Made by a program: the position numbers and the translations under genes. From contig CAXXFL010000006.1 in assembly GCA_963674965.2 (NCBI GenBank), forward strand, positions 800,001 to 864,000: 64,000 nucleotides of DNA. The letters run 5' to 3'. The stretch comes from a bacterium. Lineage in GTDB: Bacteria > RBG-13-61-14 > DATKZS01. Under the pieces are notes generated by a model. It worked only from the letters and a program-made list of their open reading frames with translations, was not told the origin of the DNA and did no database searches. Shown here in pieces: positions 30,401 to 45,400 of this stretch (positions are counted from its first letter, which is position 1; each line of letters opens with the position of its first letter).

Positions 30401-33400
30401 ACGAGGCCAGCGAGATATCGACCGCCGTCAAGACCTCAAAGTACACGGAGCCGGAACCGTTTACCGGATCGAGCGAGTATTGGACCTCGTAGTCGCCGGG
30501 GGCCAGAGAGTATTCCAGCCTCCCGTGATAGACGCCCGGATAAGGAGACGAGAGGCTCCCGGCCGGCAGGGAAACTGTCGCCGAGTTCTCATCGAGTATC
30601 TCCGCGCCGGAGAGCAGGGTGAAGCCGGCGGTGAAGACCTCGTCAAAATCACCCGCGTTCTCGATCGTATAGGGAATGGACACTATCCCTTCCCGGTAAG
30701 AAGCCGAGGCGGACAAGGTCAGGACCCCTTCCGAGGACTTGACCTGGAAATAGTAGGAGCCGGAATCGCCGTCAATGTAATAGTCGAGTCTATAGTCTCC
30801 CTCGCCCAGCGAGAAGTATAGCTCGTCCGATGCGACGTCCGGGTCCTCATAAAGTTCGCGGCCTTGCAGGAAGACCACCCTCGAGTCGGTTGTCACCGGC
30901 TGAGAAGCCGAGTCGAAAAGCTCGAATTCCACGTCGTAGAATCCGTCCACTCTCCCGTCCCCGATGACCTCGAACGGTATCGCGACCTGTCCCGACTTAT
31001 AGACGCCGGTCCCGTTTCCGAGAACGTCGACCCGGGCGTTAAGCCCGTAAAGGACCAGGGCCTGTTCCTCGTCCGCAAAGTCTCCCTCCACGGCTATGGT
31101 GAACAGCGCGTCGTCCTGGATTTGCTTGTAATAGGTCAGGACCACGGTCTCGTAAGCCCCGATAGAGGCGGACTTGGATTCCTCGTCGGACGCGCCCGCC
31201 CCCACCGCCACGGTCAGGTCCATGGGAAGATCGACGTTGTTCGTCAGCACCACGTCGATGGCGAAGGGCTCGCTTCCCGCGTATTCGGGGGAGTAAACGT
31301 TGATCGATACGTCCGGCTCGAGCACGGTAATAACTTCAACTTGTCTGGACAAGAGGTTTTGGTCCTGGGTGAGCGAGGCCTCGATGATGACTTGGCCGGG
31401 AACGTCCGCCGTGAACCCGGATAAAATGGAGATCGTGTTCCCAGCGGAGAAGTCCATTGGCCACGAGCCTATCTCGCTGGACGTCCCGTCGGGGCCGCGG
31501 CGCGTTATTTCAAGCTCGACGCCCTCCGGGGCCTCGAGTCCGTAAAACTCGATTTGAGACGAGACCGTAACGCCGTCCCCTGATTTGACGGTCAGAGGGG
31601 CGACCAGGAGAGACAAGGAATAATCGCCGTCCACGACCAGGAAAGGGTACCTGTCCTTGGCCCAGGTGACGGTCTCGCTTCCACCGGAGACGGGACCCTC
31701 GAGTTCGGCGAGAAGATAAAGCTGCCCGGTGGCGGAAAGCGATCCGGCCGGGTCGGAGCCTCCCTCCAAAGTTCCCGAGGCAAGGTCGGAATAGTGGATC
31801 GTGTCATGCCACAGGATTTCCGAGACGAGTTCTTCCTCCACTTCACCGGCTGATTGATCGAGGCCGATGAACCGGACGTTGTCAAGGAGGATGGCCGAAT
31901 CTATCGAGTCGGTCTCCAGGCCGAAATAAAGCGTGAAAACCGATCCCGTTTCCCCCTCTCCTTCACCTTCCCCCCCTTCTCCTCCGGAGCCTCCCGAAGA
32001 AGAAAAATCCAATTCATACTCGATTGGAAGCCATCCGGTCTCATAAAGGAAATCGGCGCCGGAACTGGAGTAAAGCGTCATTTCATCCAGCATCGCCCCG
32101 AAGCCGCCGAAATAATTCCACGCGTCGTCCATTAAATAGGAGAAGTAGCTTGCATTGCCGGCTCCCGGTTCCTCATTGGTAAGGAAGTATAAATCGAAGG
32201 CTATTTTCTCCACGCCCTCGGGAAGGGTGATCTCTTGAGACAACTCGATGTAATAGGGTCCGGTCCGGAGCGCCGCGAAATCGCTCCCGTCGGGGGAGGA
32301 GACGCCGTCAAAAGTAGAGCCGACCTGGAAATATCCGCCCCAGAGGGAATCGTCGTCATATAATTGCCAGCCATAGTCTCCCTGCTCGAAACCTCCGTTG
32401 GTAACGCCGGGCAGTTCCACTTCCTCCGGCGGGAGGGGGTACTCTCCCAAGGCGAAAATCTGGCCGTCGGAACTCGCGATCACCAGGTCGGCCTTGCCGT
32501 CGCCGTTGATATCACCGGCGGCCGCGGAGGAAATCCCCGAGACGGGTATGGACCATTCAACCGAGCCGTCCTCCCCGTTAAGCGCGTATACCGTGGTCAC
32601 GCCCGCTCCCTGGCAGATGACCTCGAGGGCGCCGTCGCCGTCCACGTCAAGCGCGATGGGAGACGACTTGACCGGTCCGATCGAGGTGAAGGACCACGCG
32701 AGGGAGCCGTCCGAGTTAAAGGCGAAGACGCCGGGATTATCCTCTTTCTCCGATCCGACGACGACCTCGAGTCCCGGAGAGGACGGATCAAGGTCGGCGA
32801 TGGCGGGAGAGGACATACCCGAAATCATAAGCCCCGGGTTCTCCTGGAAGGATGTCCACAGGACCGTCGGGGAGTCGCCGTCGGCTATGCTGAGGGCGAC
32901 CAGGGCGTGGCTCGCGTCGCTCGTGGCCCCGTACTGTAGATAGACCACCTCGAGGACTCCGTCCATGTCGATATCCGAGACGGCGGGCGAGGACAGGACC
33001 GGGGCGGCCAGGGGTCCCGGCAGGCCGGAGACGTAGGGAGAGAAGCTCCAGGAAAGCGAGCCGTCAAGGTTGAAGGCGTGAACTCCGCCGATCATCCAGG
33101 CGCCGAGTTCGGGATGACAGGAGTCGCTTAACGCGCGCGCCCACCCGTATATAATTTCCGGTTCACCGTCACCGTCCAGGTCATGGACGGCCGCTGAGGA
33201 TGGACCTCCTCCCCTTATCTCGCCATAGGCCGGCTCGTTGGGGTCCGAGTCCAGTATGATATTATCGCTCGCGTCGTTGGGGTTCACGATCACGGCGTGA
33301 TCGCCGTTTACGAGGAAAACGTCACACCCGCCGCTCGATTGTTCCACTATATATCCAGGCTGGTAGGTAACGTAAGGGACCTGTGAGACGCCGGCCGGGA

Positions 33401-36400
33401 AAATAACGGGGGACGACAGCACGGGACCGCCCTGGATATAAAATCGCTCGACCTCCGCGAGATCGACGTCCAGAAGCTCCAGGTCGTAACCCTCCGCGGC
33501 CGGCAAAGAAACCAACAAGCCCACCTCGTAGCCGTGGATACCATTGTCGATTATTTCCCCGACGGCGGGAGTGGCCGAGGCGTGGACGTCGTGATTGATC
33601 GCCAGGGTCGCGCCGTCCACCCCGCTATAGACGAAGAGGCTTTCGCCGCCGAAGTTAAAGGAGTTGTCCCTGGTTACTATCACCACGTCGTTAACGCCGT
33701 CATGGTTCATGTCCGCGATAACTGGCGAAGCGTCGACCTCGGCCTCGAGGTACGCGGACCAGAGGACGTCCCCTGGACCGATGTCGGTCGAGAGAGACGA
33801 GGCGCCGGTGTTCGCCAGGTCCCCCCTGAATTTCGGCCAGGAGTCCAGGGGCTCGCGCTGAACGTATTCGAGGCGGACGATCTTAAGGTCCAACAAGGCC
33901 TCATCGATGGTGGAACCGCCGCCGAATGAAAACTCGTACTCGGCGGTGATGGGGTCGGACGCGCCGCCGACGGCGTTGTAAACGTCTTGATCGGTCCAGG
34001 CGGACAAGGACGCGTCAGTCCCGGTTATGGCAAGCATGGCGTGTTTGACGCCGTGGTGGCCGTTGCCAAGGTCGAGGACTTGACATTTTACGTGGTACTC
34101 GCCCGACTTTATCGTCTCGGGAATCTGGAAGACAAGCGGGAGGCTTTCGCCTCCGGTCCCGACCGATCCCGCGCCCTCGGCCAACCGGTTCGCGTAGCCC
34201 AGGTCGCTCCGGTCCATCTCGATGAAATACTCGAAATCCGTTTCCACGCCGCCCGCGTTGGCAAGGGTGAACTCGGCCGTGTCCCCCGCCGAGAGCGCGG
34301 TCCCCGAAAACGACAACTCGAGCTTGGAAGTAGGAACGTAATAGGCGAAGGTCTTTTCCAACTCTTCGCCGTTTGGAAGTGAAATCGATACGTCGATAAA
34401 GTGGACGCCGGAAATCGAGTCCGGCGGAATGGTCAAGGAATAGACGGCCGCGTAAGGAGTCACCGAAAGCTCGATGGTCTTATCGTCGACGAAACCTCCC
34501 AGATCGGCGGCCTCGACGTGGAAGTCGGCGGGGATGGTCCCACCGAACTCCGAGCCGGCGGTTATCGAGAACGTGACCTCAAGGACGTCTCCGGCTATAT
34601 AAGAGTCCTTGTCAAAAGAGGCGACAACGTCGGGATCGATCGGCGCGACGGTGAAGCTCGTGACCCATCCGATCGTGTCGCCCGAGGGTATGGTTGCCTC
34701 GACGTGGACCGGGTAGGTCCCGGGCGCGACGTCGTCCGGAAGCGACTCGAACGCCGTGACCGCGGCGGCGCCGGACGGGCCGCCGGGCGTCAGCTCGAGC
34801 TCGGCCGCGTCGGAGACGATCCCTAAATCCGGGACGTGGGCCCGGACGCTTACGGGTTGATGGAAGTTCCCCGGATTTACCATGCTTACGGTCACTTCCA
34901 ACTCGTCATGATACTTGACCCGCTGGTTGTCCTTTACTATCGATCCGGCCACCTGGGACAAGAGGGTCCGCGACCCCGACGCCGAATGGTTTAAGGGCCA
35001 TTCGATCCGGTAATCCAGGGTATATTCGCCAAAGGGAAGATCGGGGAACAGGAGCGGCAGAGTCATCATTCGAGTATCGACGATATCGGTCGACGCGGTA
35101 TGGCTCCAGATAACTCCGCTCATGGAATCCCTTAGCTCCGCCGTTATCAGCGCCTGGCTTGTATGACAGGCTTGATTGCTTCCCGCTACGATCATGGTGA
35201 TATCGTTCGTGGTACCCGCGTAGAGGACCGAATAATCCGAGCTTAAAGGCTCGATCGAAACGTATTCCTCCAGGCGAGGATAGAAGCTTGTATAACCGCC
35301 GAAGGGGAATTGGTAAGGCCTGTAGGTCAACTCGCCGCTTTCGATCTCGGCCTCGACCTTGTATCTTCCGTATGTCCAGGCGGGGTCGGTGGCAAATCCC
35401 GAGACCGCGTCGAGGTAACCGTTCGCGCCAATCTCGAAGGGAACGCTTTTTATATCGAGCGGCAAATCGTCGGGACTAAGGAGCGTTAAATGGATGACGC
35501 CCGAATGAGGGCTGGACTCCCGGTTATGTACGCCGACCTCGAGATCGAATGAATCCCCGAAATAAAAGCAGTCGGGAGACTCCTCCAGTCCGACGGAAAT
35601 ACTTGGATGATCGTTCAGCTTGATCTGGTATGAAATCACCGAAACGTGCCCAAGGTGGTCGGACAAACGGAAAGAAAGCGTTTGAGACGCGGCGTCCGTC
35701 GATATTTGGCCGCTGGGCGGCGCCGTTGTCCACGCTCCCGAGTCCACCTTGTATTCAGAGGTCTCGACTCCGACGTAGTCGTCCGATACATCGACGGACA
35801 GGACGAGCTCGCAAGTGTCGCCGCATTCGGGACCGGGCTGGACGTACGCCACAAGGCCATGGGCGTAGTAAGGCTCCGAAACGTCCGTTATGGCCATTTC
35901 CGGCGGCAGCGGGTCTACCACGACCTCGATGGTCTTCTTCTCTTCAACGTTGCCGGCCAGGTCGCGAGAGCGGTACGACAGGGTCTCCAGGCCCTCGAAA
36001 CCGAGACGGAAATCTCCCGTCACCGCGATCCAGTCTCCTTCCCCCACGCGATACTCCGTCACCGCGGTGGGCGAGAAGTTGTCCTCGGCTGAAAGGCCGA
36101 ATACCGTCTCCGGGCTGACGTACAAGGTGGCGCCGGACGAGTAGCTCGGATCGCCTATCAGCAACTCGCTGACCGGTGGAGAAAGGTCCACCAGGAAGGA
36201 CTTCGCGTTTAAAGTCGTCGTCCCGACAGAAAGCACGGCGGCGTAATAACCCTCGGTCCAGTCGTCAACGCTGAAGGCGTCGGAAAGGCTGATTGACTCT
36301 CCCCGTAAAAGGGTAACGACATGGGTCGATTCCGCCGCGACGGCCGTGTCCCCCTCCAATGGACGGATCGAAAGCCTCGCGTTAAGGTCCGTAAAATCGA

Positions 36401-39400
36401 CGTTGCCCACGTTCCTGAGACCGTATGACGCGGTCAAGGGGGCGCCGCTCCTTACATTGTCCGGCTCGAGGGTCAGCCGGGAGAAAAGCGCCTTGTCGAT
36501 CGAGTCCTGGAGGACCCGTACCGAAAGAGTCGATTCTCCAAGCGTCGTGCTCCCTTCATTGACGGTTACGGTGGCCGTGTAAATCCCCGCCTGATACGCG
36601 GCATGGATCACGTTAAAGGGAACGTCCATATGACCTCCCTTTACGAGCGAAGAGGTCTCCGCCTGATCCGAATACACAACCGCCGAGCCGTCGTCTAACA
36701 AAACAAAGTCCGCCGCCAGGGACGTGAAGGTATAATTCTCGCTGTCCGAATTTATTCGGGCGGTGAACTTCATCGTCTCGCTGGAGTTGTAAGACCCCGC
36801 GTCGGCCACGAGGGTCACGCTCAGGCTACGGTCGGCCTCCACCGTGAAGGGAAGGGCCAGGCTTTCCATAAGCGCGCCTTCCAAATCGTAAACCAGGACC
36901 GTAAACTCGTATGCTCCGGGTTGATATCCGTCGGTGTTCCAGATAAAGCTCGCGGCGGTTTCAGCCTCGACGTTGCTCGCGCTCCCCGAGCCTCTCACGG
37001 CGCCGCCCGCGTCCATGACTTTATAGGAAACGTTATAAAACGTCCTTCCCCCTTGGACGTCCATGATGGTATAGCCGCATATTACGTCGGTCCCCGCCGG
37101 ATATGAGACGCTATCCAAACTCGCCAATAACTCCACCCCGTCAACGGTTATGGAAATCGAATCGGAGCGGGGGCCTCGGTTATCGTTCGAGTCGATAGCC
37201 TCGGCGTATAGAATATTTTCGCCCTCGCCCAGGGTCACCGAGTCAAAGGCAAAGCCGCCCGAGGCGTCCGTATCAGTGGAAGCGGCCAACTCGGACCCGA
37301 TATACAGCTCCACCCTCGCGTCCGGCTCGGACGTTCCGGACACGTCGGTCACGCGTGAAGTGACGGTAATGGGCTGGCCGGTCTCGGTTGGGTACGTGAT
37401 CACGGGGGCCGCCGGCAACTCATGGTCGATAACGACGCTTCGCGTCAACAGGGCCTCATGGCCGTGGATATCCACGGCGGACAGGCGCAGGATATAATCG
37501 CCGTCAACGAGTCCGCCCGTGTCCCATCGCGCCAGGATTCCGTCTTCAACCGGCTCCAGGACCGGAGAGGGAGTGATGGAGAATAAGGAACCGCCCGGCG
37601 AGACGTATTCGAGCAGATAGCTCCCAAAGCCCTCGGCGTCCGCGGCCGTGCCCGTGATGGAGACCTCCCCAGTAAGCGCGGACCCCTCGCCCGGATAGGA
37701 AACGGCGAGGGTCGGGCCGCCGCCAAGATAATGGACGGATACTTCCTCGGAAACGGGACTCGAGGCCAGGTCCGCGAACGCCCTGGCCCGGAAGGTATTC
37801 AAGCCCGCGTTGAGCTCGACGCCCGAGAAGGCGAAGTTGCCTTGCGCGCCTTCCCGCGTGATAACCAACTCGTCAAAGGTGGGCGTAATAAATCTATCGC
37901 TGGAACTCATCTGGACGCGATACTGTAGATACCCGCCGTTTAGAGACTCGGGCAGGACTTGTCCGTTCACCAGCGTGGTCCATCCGCCCCAGGAGGAGGG
38001 ATCGGCCGCGTCGCCGCTTCTGACCGAGACCTCGATGGCCGTGCCCTCCGGGGTCGTCGAGGTCCATTGCGCGCGGCCAAAGTCGGTCTCGACCCCCAGG
38101 TCGATAGCGTCGGATATGAACTCGCCCGATTGAGCATACCCCGCGTAAACCTCGACCTCGGAGAGCGCGGCGCTCTTGCCATAGTGGCCGTCAAGATAGA
38201 CCCTCACGTGACCCGCCTTAATCAACTGGTCCGAGGGCATGACGTGAAGGCGCTCGGGATCGTCGGACTCGAGGAAGGCGTCCTCAACCAGGAGGGTCTC
38301 ATCCGCGGAAAAGTCGCCGGAGATACTCGACGTGATCCTGTATTCCCTGGTACCGAGAGCGGGGTCGGTCCCGTTTGCCAGCCTGATGGAGGAAAGGTCG
38401 TAAATACCTTCCAGGTCAACCTCTATCCAGCCGCCGTACTTGGTCAGGTTTTGCGACGTGTCGCCGTCGAACAGAACGCGAGCGGACCATTGCACGCCGC
38501 TTTGACTGGACGGCTTGCCCAGCGCCACGTTCACCCCCTGGCCATAAGACAGGGAAAGAAGCTCCGTGTCCCTCTCGGAATCCACGTTAGTGAAAGAGCC
38601 ATATACGCCCGTTGAGAAATCCCCCGCGCTCGATGGGTTTACGGCCGCGGAAGGTCCATCGCCGCCGTAAGTGTACGCGCTGGACGAAAACTCCCAGCCG
38701 GTCCAGTGACCGGAAACATCGAGTCCCTCGACGGCGGGGGTGACGCCCGGGTCGTCGCTCGAGAGGACCGCCCTAATCTGCCAGTACTCGCCAATGATAT
38801 CCGCGCTTACTCCCGCTCCGTTCTCGATTCGGACCCACTCCGACCAGCCCGCGTCCGGGACTTGACTGGCGCCGGCCCTGGCGTAAACGGCTACGCCGGT
38901 CCCATCGGCGAGGTCCTCGGCCCAGGAGATTTTATCGGCCGCCATCTCGAGTCCCGCGTCGAAGACCTCGGAGAGGAACTCGCCCGAGGTCTCGTACAAG
39001 GCGAATACCTCTACCTCGTCGAACCCGCCGCTGGTGACCTTGCCCAGGTACTCATAGGCGTCCACCACCTCGATCCGCAGATACCGCGCTCCCGACCTGA
39101 CCGCCGGCTGGACGTACGCCTCGGCCCCGCCCTCGCCGTAATAGGCATAGGGCATGACGCCCGAGCAAATGACGCGCTCCTCACCGGCGAAAGCCCCGGT
39201 CGAGGACGCCCATATCCGGAAGTTCTTCACGCCTCCGTTTTTAGCCGGCTTGTGCAGCCCGACCTTGAATATGGCGGGATAATACCGACCCAGGTCGATC
39301 CCGATCCAATAGGGGGAGTTACTGACGCCGGGACAAACCTCCCATCCTCGAGAACCGTCGTCCCAAATCCCGTCCGTTATGGCTTCGGCGAAATGAGGCC

Positions 39401-42400
39401 AGTCCCGCCCGCAGCCAGTGATAGGAATAACCGTTTTGCCCAGGGCAACGTTGGCGTCGGTCTCCGCCAGGCGCGCGGTTTTGCCGTTGTTGGCCACGCC
39501 CGTTCCCACATGCTCTCCCCTGGCCGGGTCTACAAGCCACTCCAGTTTCACCGCCGCCGAGTCGTCCTTGTCCACCTCCCCGACCTCGCGATATAGCTCG
39601 ACCCTGGTCGAATATCCCGAAAGGCCGGTAACGGATATGGGAGAGGCGTGGAACAAGTCGCCCTCCTCCGGACGCTCGATCGACGGCGCGTTCAAAGCGT
39701 CGGCCAGGGCCGCCGAGCCGGCGTTGTCCACGATAACTCCATCCACCGCGTACTCGGACTCGTTGCCCGCCAGGTCCCGGGCCTCGAGCCTGATGGAATA
39801 GGAACCGTCAACCACGTCCGAGACGTTCCACGTTCCCAGCGCGCCGTTCATGACCTCCTGAAGCGATTGGGAAGGGGGAATGGAAATCTCGGTCCACGAA
39901 GACCCGCCGAGCGAATAGGAAAGCTCGTATTCCTGGAAATTAAGGTCCGTCGCGCCGCCCTCAATTACTATCGAGGCGCTTTGCCTGGAGCCGGAAACGG
40001 GAGAAGAAATGTAAACGTCGGGCGGGGCGTCGTCCACGATCACCGTCGTCTCCGGGGAGGCCGACAAGGAAAAGACGCCGCTCGAGCCGTCGCCGAAGAT
40101 TTTGTAGACGCCCGTTATCTCCCGCACGAAACAGGGATTGGAAACCTCTCCCACCTTGGCCGGCTCGGAAACGAAGCCCAGACCGTCAAGGGAATAAAGC
40201 TCGTAAAGGACCGGACCGCCATCCTCGCTGACCGACGCCAGCATCGCGTATTGTCCGCCGCCGCGCCGCGAGACCTCGGCCGACAATATCTCGGTGGCCG
40301 AGGGGAAAGCGTCCAGGCCAAGCCTTGGCCCCTCTTCAAGCGTCCAACTCGAGCCGTCGTCGCTGATCGCCGAGTGGATCGCATTGCCCGAGCCGTCGTC
40401 GCCCACGAGGAAAAGCCTCTTCAGTCCGTCGTCCAGGCTGATTATCGACGGGCTTCCCATATAGGCAAAGCCCCAATCGTCCGCCTCGGCGAGGACCGCG
40501 TCGCGCTCGAGCGCGAGTCCGTCCTCGGAAATATAGCGGACCAGTCCGCTGGTGGTTTCGCCGTCCTCCACGACCAGAACCGAAAGGCTTCCGTCCCGCT
40601 CGGAAACGACAAACGGATCGCTTACGCCGGGGCCGGATATCCTGGTCCCGCTCTCCCTGGTCCAGGTTATCCCGCCGTCATTGGAAACGGCGCTGATGAT
40701 ATTGCCCACCAGGTCCGAGGCGTACATCCGATACTTGCCGTTGGACGCGGCGTAAACCGAGGGCGAACCGGCCAACTCCAGCGCCTCGCCGTCCTCATGA
40801 TATCCCGTCTCGGCGAAAAGCTCGGGCACGACGTTCTTTACGCCCACCGCCACGATCTTGTCTATCGAGGGCGTGTATTGCCCGGTGTAGCTCTCCAGCG
40901 CCGCCTCGATCTCGAGATACCGGCCCCTGACCGACAAGTCGGCGGAGCCCAGAACGCTCGAGTACTCGGACCACGCGGCAAGCTCAAGCTCGGCCAGGGT
41001 CTCGGCGCTTTTATAACGGGACTTCACCCCAGTGCCGAAAGGCCTCGACCCGTCCAAGATTAACTGCTTCCAAGCCGTGCCCTTCGAGCCGGAGTCGTAA
41101 ACCCCGGTCCACGTGCCTAAAGAATCGTACCTTGCCTTGATCGAGTACAGGTCGGAACCTTCTTGGCCCTTTACCAACAATTTTGGCATGCACCATTTAT
41201 ATATACCGTTAAATTCATACTGAACCGCAAGAGAGTCCAACTCGACTCGCGCCAGGCCGCCTTCGTGTCTCATGAGAATACCGTAATTGGGGTATTCTCC
41301 ATCGATCCATCCCTGGGCCACCTCGGAAAGATCGGAGGTGTACCAGTTGCCTCCAAATACTCCATCGCTTTCAGTGTTTACTGAAACCGGCTCCAGTTCG
41401 GACTCGGATGGGCGGTTGTTCCAGCTAAGCTCGTCAACCTCGTATTGGGACGTGAGCCTGTAAAATTTTACCTTGTCCGGGTCGAGAAGCGGGGCAAGGT
41501 GATAAAATCCGCCCTGATAATACTTGAGCCTCGCGTTATTTATCGGCGTCCCGGGAGCAATTCCCGTAAAGTCGAAAAACCAGTAAATCTCGCGGGACAA
41601 ACCGGGAAAGCCGTCCACAAGTCCGGTCCAGCCGATCCGCCGGTTATCAAATACTTTGAAGTGGTCATCCGGATCGAACCCATTGTCCGGATACTCCTCG
41701 GCAACGGTGATATGCGAGTCCCGCCGAAGTCGCAACTCGCCGTTAATGGTTATTCCGATCCCGTTGGACCCGAGTTGGCCCTCCCAAAACTCGCTCTCGC
41801 CGTCCCAGTACTTCGCGATCTGGAGACCGGGAACCAGCGCCCCCAGCTTGGCCGAGTACTCGCCGTCAGCGGCGGAAAGGCCCGTTACTATGTTCCGGCC
41901 GTTCCAGTCGATGCCCGTTGTCCCCGCCGCCAAAGGCCCGGGGGTGACTATCTCCTCGATCAGCGCGCCGCTTGCGTCGTAGATGTTCGCCATCACAACC
42001 GCGTCGTCCGACAGCCCGAAGGAAAGGCGGGTCTCGTCCTTGACGAAAGGCGAATAAAGAGGCGAGAACACCGGCGGATCGGAGGCCACCGACGAGAAAA
42101 TCACCGGCGACCGCAAGGGATTGAGAGACCTCTCCGCCCGGTTGTTGTCCTCGTTCGGCTCGATGATAAGGCCGGCCTCGTCCACCACCGCCACGACGGC
42201 CTCGGCGCCGCTCGGGTAATACCAGTCGAAAACCGCCTCCGCCTCGCCCATGCCGGGGACCGTGACCGTCGCCCCGTCCACCAAATATAGCTTGTCATCC
42301 GAGTCCTTCCAGTAAACCGACAGCCCCGCCCTCGCGCTCGAAACACCGAGGTTCCTGACCGTGACGGATATGGACGTCAACGAAAGCTCGGCCGGGACCT

Positions 42401-45400
42401 CCGGATCGAACTCCACGTCCGTCATCCAGACCGTAAGGTCCGCCGCGTTGATCTTAAGTCCCGCGTAGGCGTCGTTATTGTCCTCGTAAAGCTCGACTAT
42501 CGAGTCATCGGGATCGACCTCGAAGAACAGGGGTACCTCCCCGTAGGCGTCCCCCGGATCGAGCTGGAAGGCGACCGAGGTCGCGGAATCTCCCGCGATA
42601 TAGGACACGCTCTCCTCGTGGACCACTTCCCCCAGGAAATCCGGGTTGCCCTTGTAAACCCGCACCAATACGTCCGAGCCCCCCGCCGGGCCCCGGTTGT
42701 CCACGCGGACCGTCACGTCCGTCAACTGGCCGTAATTGGGGCAAGTCGGATTGAAGCTCACCGCGTCCGGACCGAGCGTAAAGTCCGGCTCGTAAGGCAC
42801 GATAAGCTCGAAAGCCGCGTTAATAAGGTTGTCCGAGCGCGTCGTCTCGAGGACTTTTTTGCCCTCGTCCACGTATCCGTAAAGAACGTGAGGGCCGCCC
42901 GTCTTAAGGTCCGGATGAAACTCGAAAACGAGCCGGGCCGTGGCCCCCGACTCGAGGCCCGAAAGAGAGTCGAAACCGACGTTCCAGTAAAGGGGGTTGT
43001 TCCCAATGTCCCACCCATAAGGATAATTAACCGGCTCGTCAATATAGAGGCTCACGCCGAAATTGTCCGTTACCGCCCGGTCCCCGTCGTTACCCACCAC
43101 CATGGTGAAGGTCACCGCGTCCTTGACGGTCGGCGACGTGGGAGACCACTCGAGGGACTGAACGTATAAATTGGGCCGGTCCAGGCCGTCAAGGTGCACA
43201 ACGGCGCTCGCCAGGTTGTTGGTCTCGTCCGATTCACCGACCTTCACCAGCGGCGAGGCCATAACCCAAATCTCGTGGTCCCCCACGTCCACCTCGTCCG
43301 TGGCCCAGACGCCGCTTACCGGAACGATCGCGCCCGACTCGAGGGTGTCCGAGTCGGCGAAGGAAACGATGATATTGGAACCGTCCTCCTCCGGCTCTCC
43401 CAGGTAAAAGCCGCCCTCGATCCCCCCAATGGGGACGCCGCCCGCGTTCGCGATCTGGGCGGACAAGCCGACCGCGGTTCCCTTGATCGGCTCGGACGGG
43501 TCGAAAACCGGGCCCGAGAAGACGGAAAGGTCCGCCCCGAAGACGTCCACCACCAACGAGTTGATCGCCGCGTTGTTGCCCGAGTCGCTCTCCGGAGCGG
43601 GCCAAAAGCCGGCTATCATCTGGAGGTTGACCTCGGCCTCGACGGCGTTGACCCCCGCCTTCGCCAGTATGGTCGAGGTCATCGTCACCCGTCCCCCGGC
43701 GGGGATCGACGCGATGACGTTGCTCACCAATATATCGCCGCTCGATACCTCCTGGGCCACGATGGGAACGTTGTAACCCGGCGTGTCGCCCAGGTTGTAA
43801 ACCTCGATCGAGACCGTGACCGCGTCATTAACCGACGGAGAGGACGGCGTGAAATGGATGCCCGAGGAAAATACCGCGAAGTCCGGGATCGAGTTCACCA
43901 GCGCCTCCACCCGAGCCGCGTTGTCAAGCTCGTTCGACTCGAATACGACGTCGCCCGCGTCCGCCACGACCTCCAGCGTCCAATCACCCGCGTGGCCCAG
44001 GGTGTTCCACTCGAAATCCACCGCCACGGACCCGCCGAGCAAAACGCCCGCGACCGTCGCCGAGTCCAGCGCCGTCCGCTCCTCGCCGCCAACCAGGTAA
44101 AGGACCGCGCTGAACGCGCCCGCGTCCGTATAGCCCGCGTTCCCGATCTTGGCCGCGACCGAGAGCGTGTCGCCGTCGTAGGCCGGGTCGGGAGAAATCG
44201 AAACCTCGGCCGCCTCCACCTCGAGGTTGGCCCGGTACCCGTGAAGCGCGAGAAGCGCCTCGGCCGTGACGTACTCGTCGCCCGCGAAGCTCCCGTTCGC
44301 CTCCTGAGCGGCAATAAGGTACTGAAGGCCAAGATCGATCTCCGGTTTGTAGTCTCCCGTCGCCTCCAGCGCCTTTATGGCCAGAGCCGTGTCGAGCGTT
44401 CTCCGTCCGGGCTCCAGGCCGAAGCTTCCGTCTCCGTTCTGGAGCGCCAGCGTCCAGGCAAGGGCCGCGTCCAGCGCCGCTCCCAACCCGTGAGCCTCGC
44501 GATACGGGGCAAGGGCCATGATGACCTCGGCCGTAGGCGACGTCGATGAATCCATGCCAGGGCCGAAACCGAACCCGCCGTCATCGTTGGCCGCGCCGGC
44601 GAGGTAATCGATGGCGGAAATGAGAGCGTCTCCTCCTATGCCCGCTCGGTCCATGGTCTTGATGGCCAGGGCCGTGACTACGGCGTCGCTCTTAAAGCCG
44701 CCGGCGGGGGCGAAACCGCCCGAGTCGGTAACGCTCGATGAGAGGAACGCCGAAAGCTCGGCCGCCGCGTCATTGCCGGCGCCGAGGAGCGAGTGAACGC
44801 GCCTGATTTCCTGGTCGCCGTTATAGACGAGGGCGGTCTCGAGATAAGTTACCGCGCCGGACTGGGTGGAAGGATGGGCCTGGTTAAGGCGAAGGGCCTC
44901 GAGGGCCGTCGAGGTGGTCTTCACCGCTCTCGAGGAATCTACCCAAAGGCCGGTTACGTCTCGAGCGTCTATTAAAAAGGAAAGGCCGTCGTTAACGTCT
45001 ATGGCCGTGCCGGATAGCGCCCAGACGCAAAGGGCCGTAGCGTAAAGGTCCGAGCCTTGGCCGGCGTATTGAATATTGCCCAGACCGTCCCGACCCAGGG
45101 ACCAGCCCCCATCGGAGTTTTTCATGGCGCCGAGGCTTTGGGCCGTGAGGTTTATGTCGTAAAGGTCGGCTCCGTGGGCCTTGAGGCAGAGGAGAGACCA
45201 GGCGGTCTCGGGAGGAGGGCCGAAGGAGCCGTCCGGCCGTCGATTGTCGAGGATAAAGGCGTAAGCCCTGCCGTTGGATGAGCCGGCCTCGTGGAGGGCC
45301 AGGGCGGCGATGGCCGTATCGAGGAGGTTGTGGCCGGGGCCGAAGCTGCCGTCGTCGTTCTGGAGGGTGAAGAGATAGTCCCTGGCGCCGGGGTCAGGTT

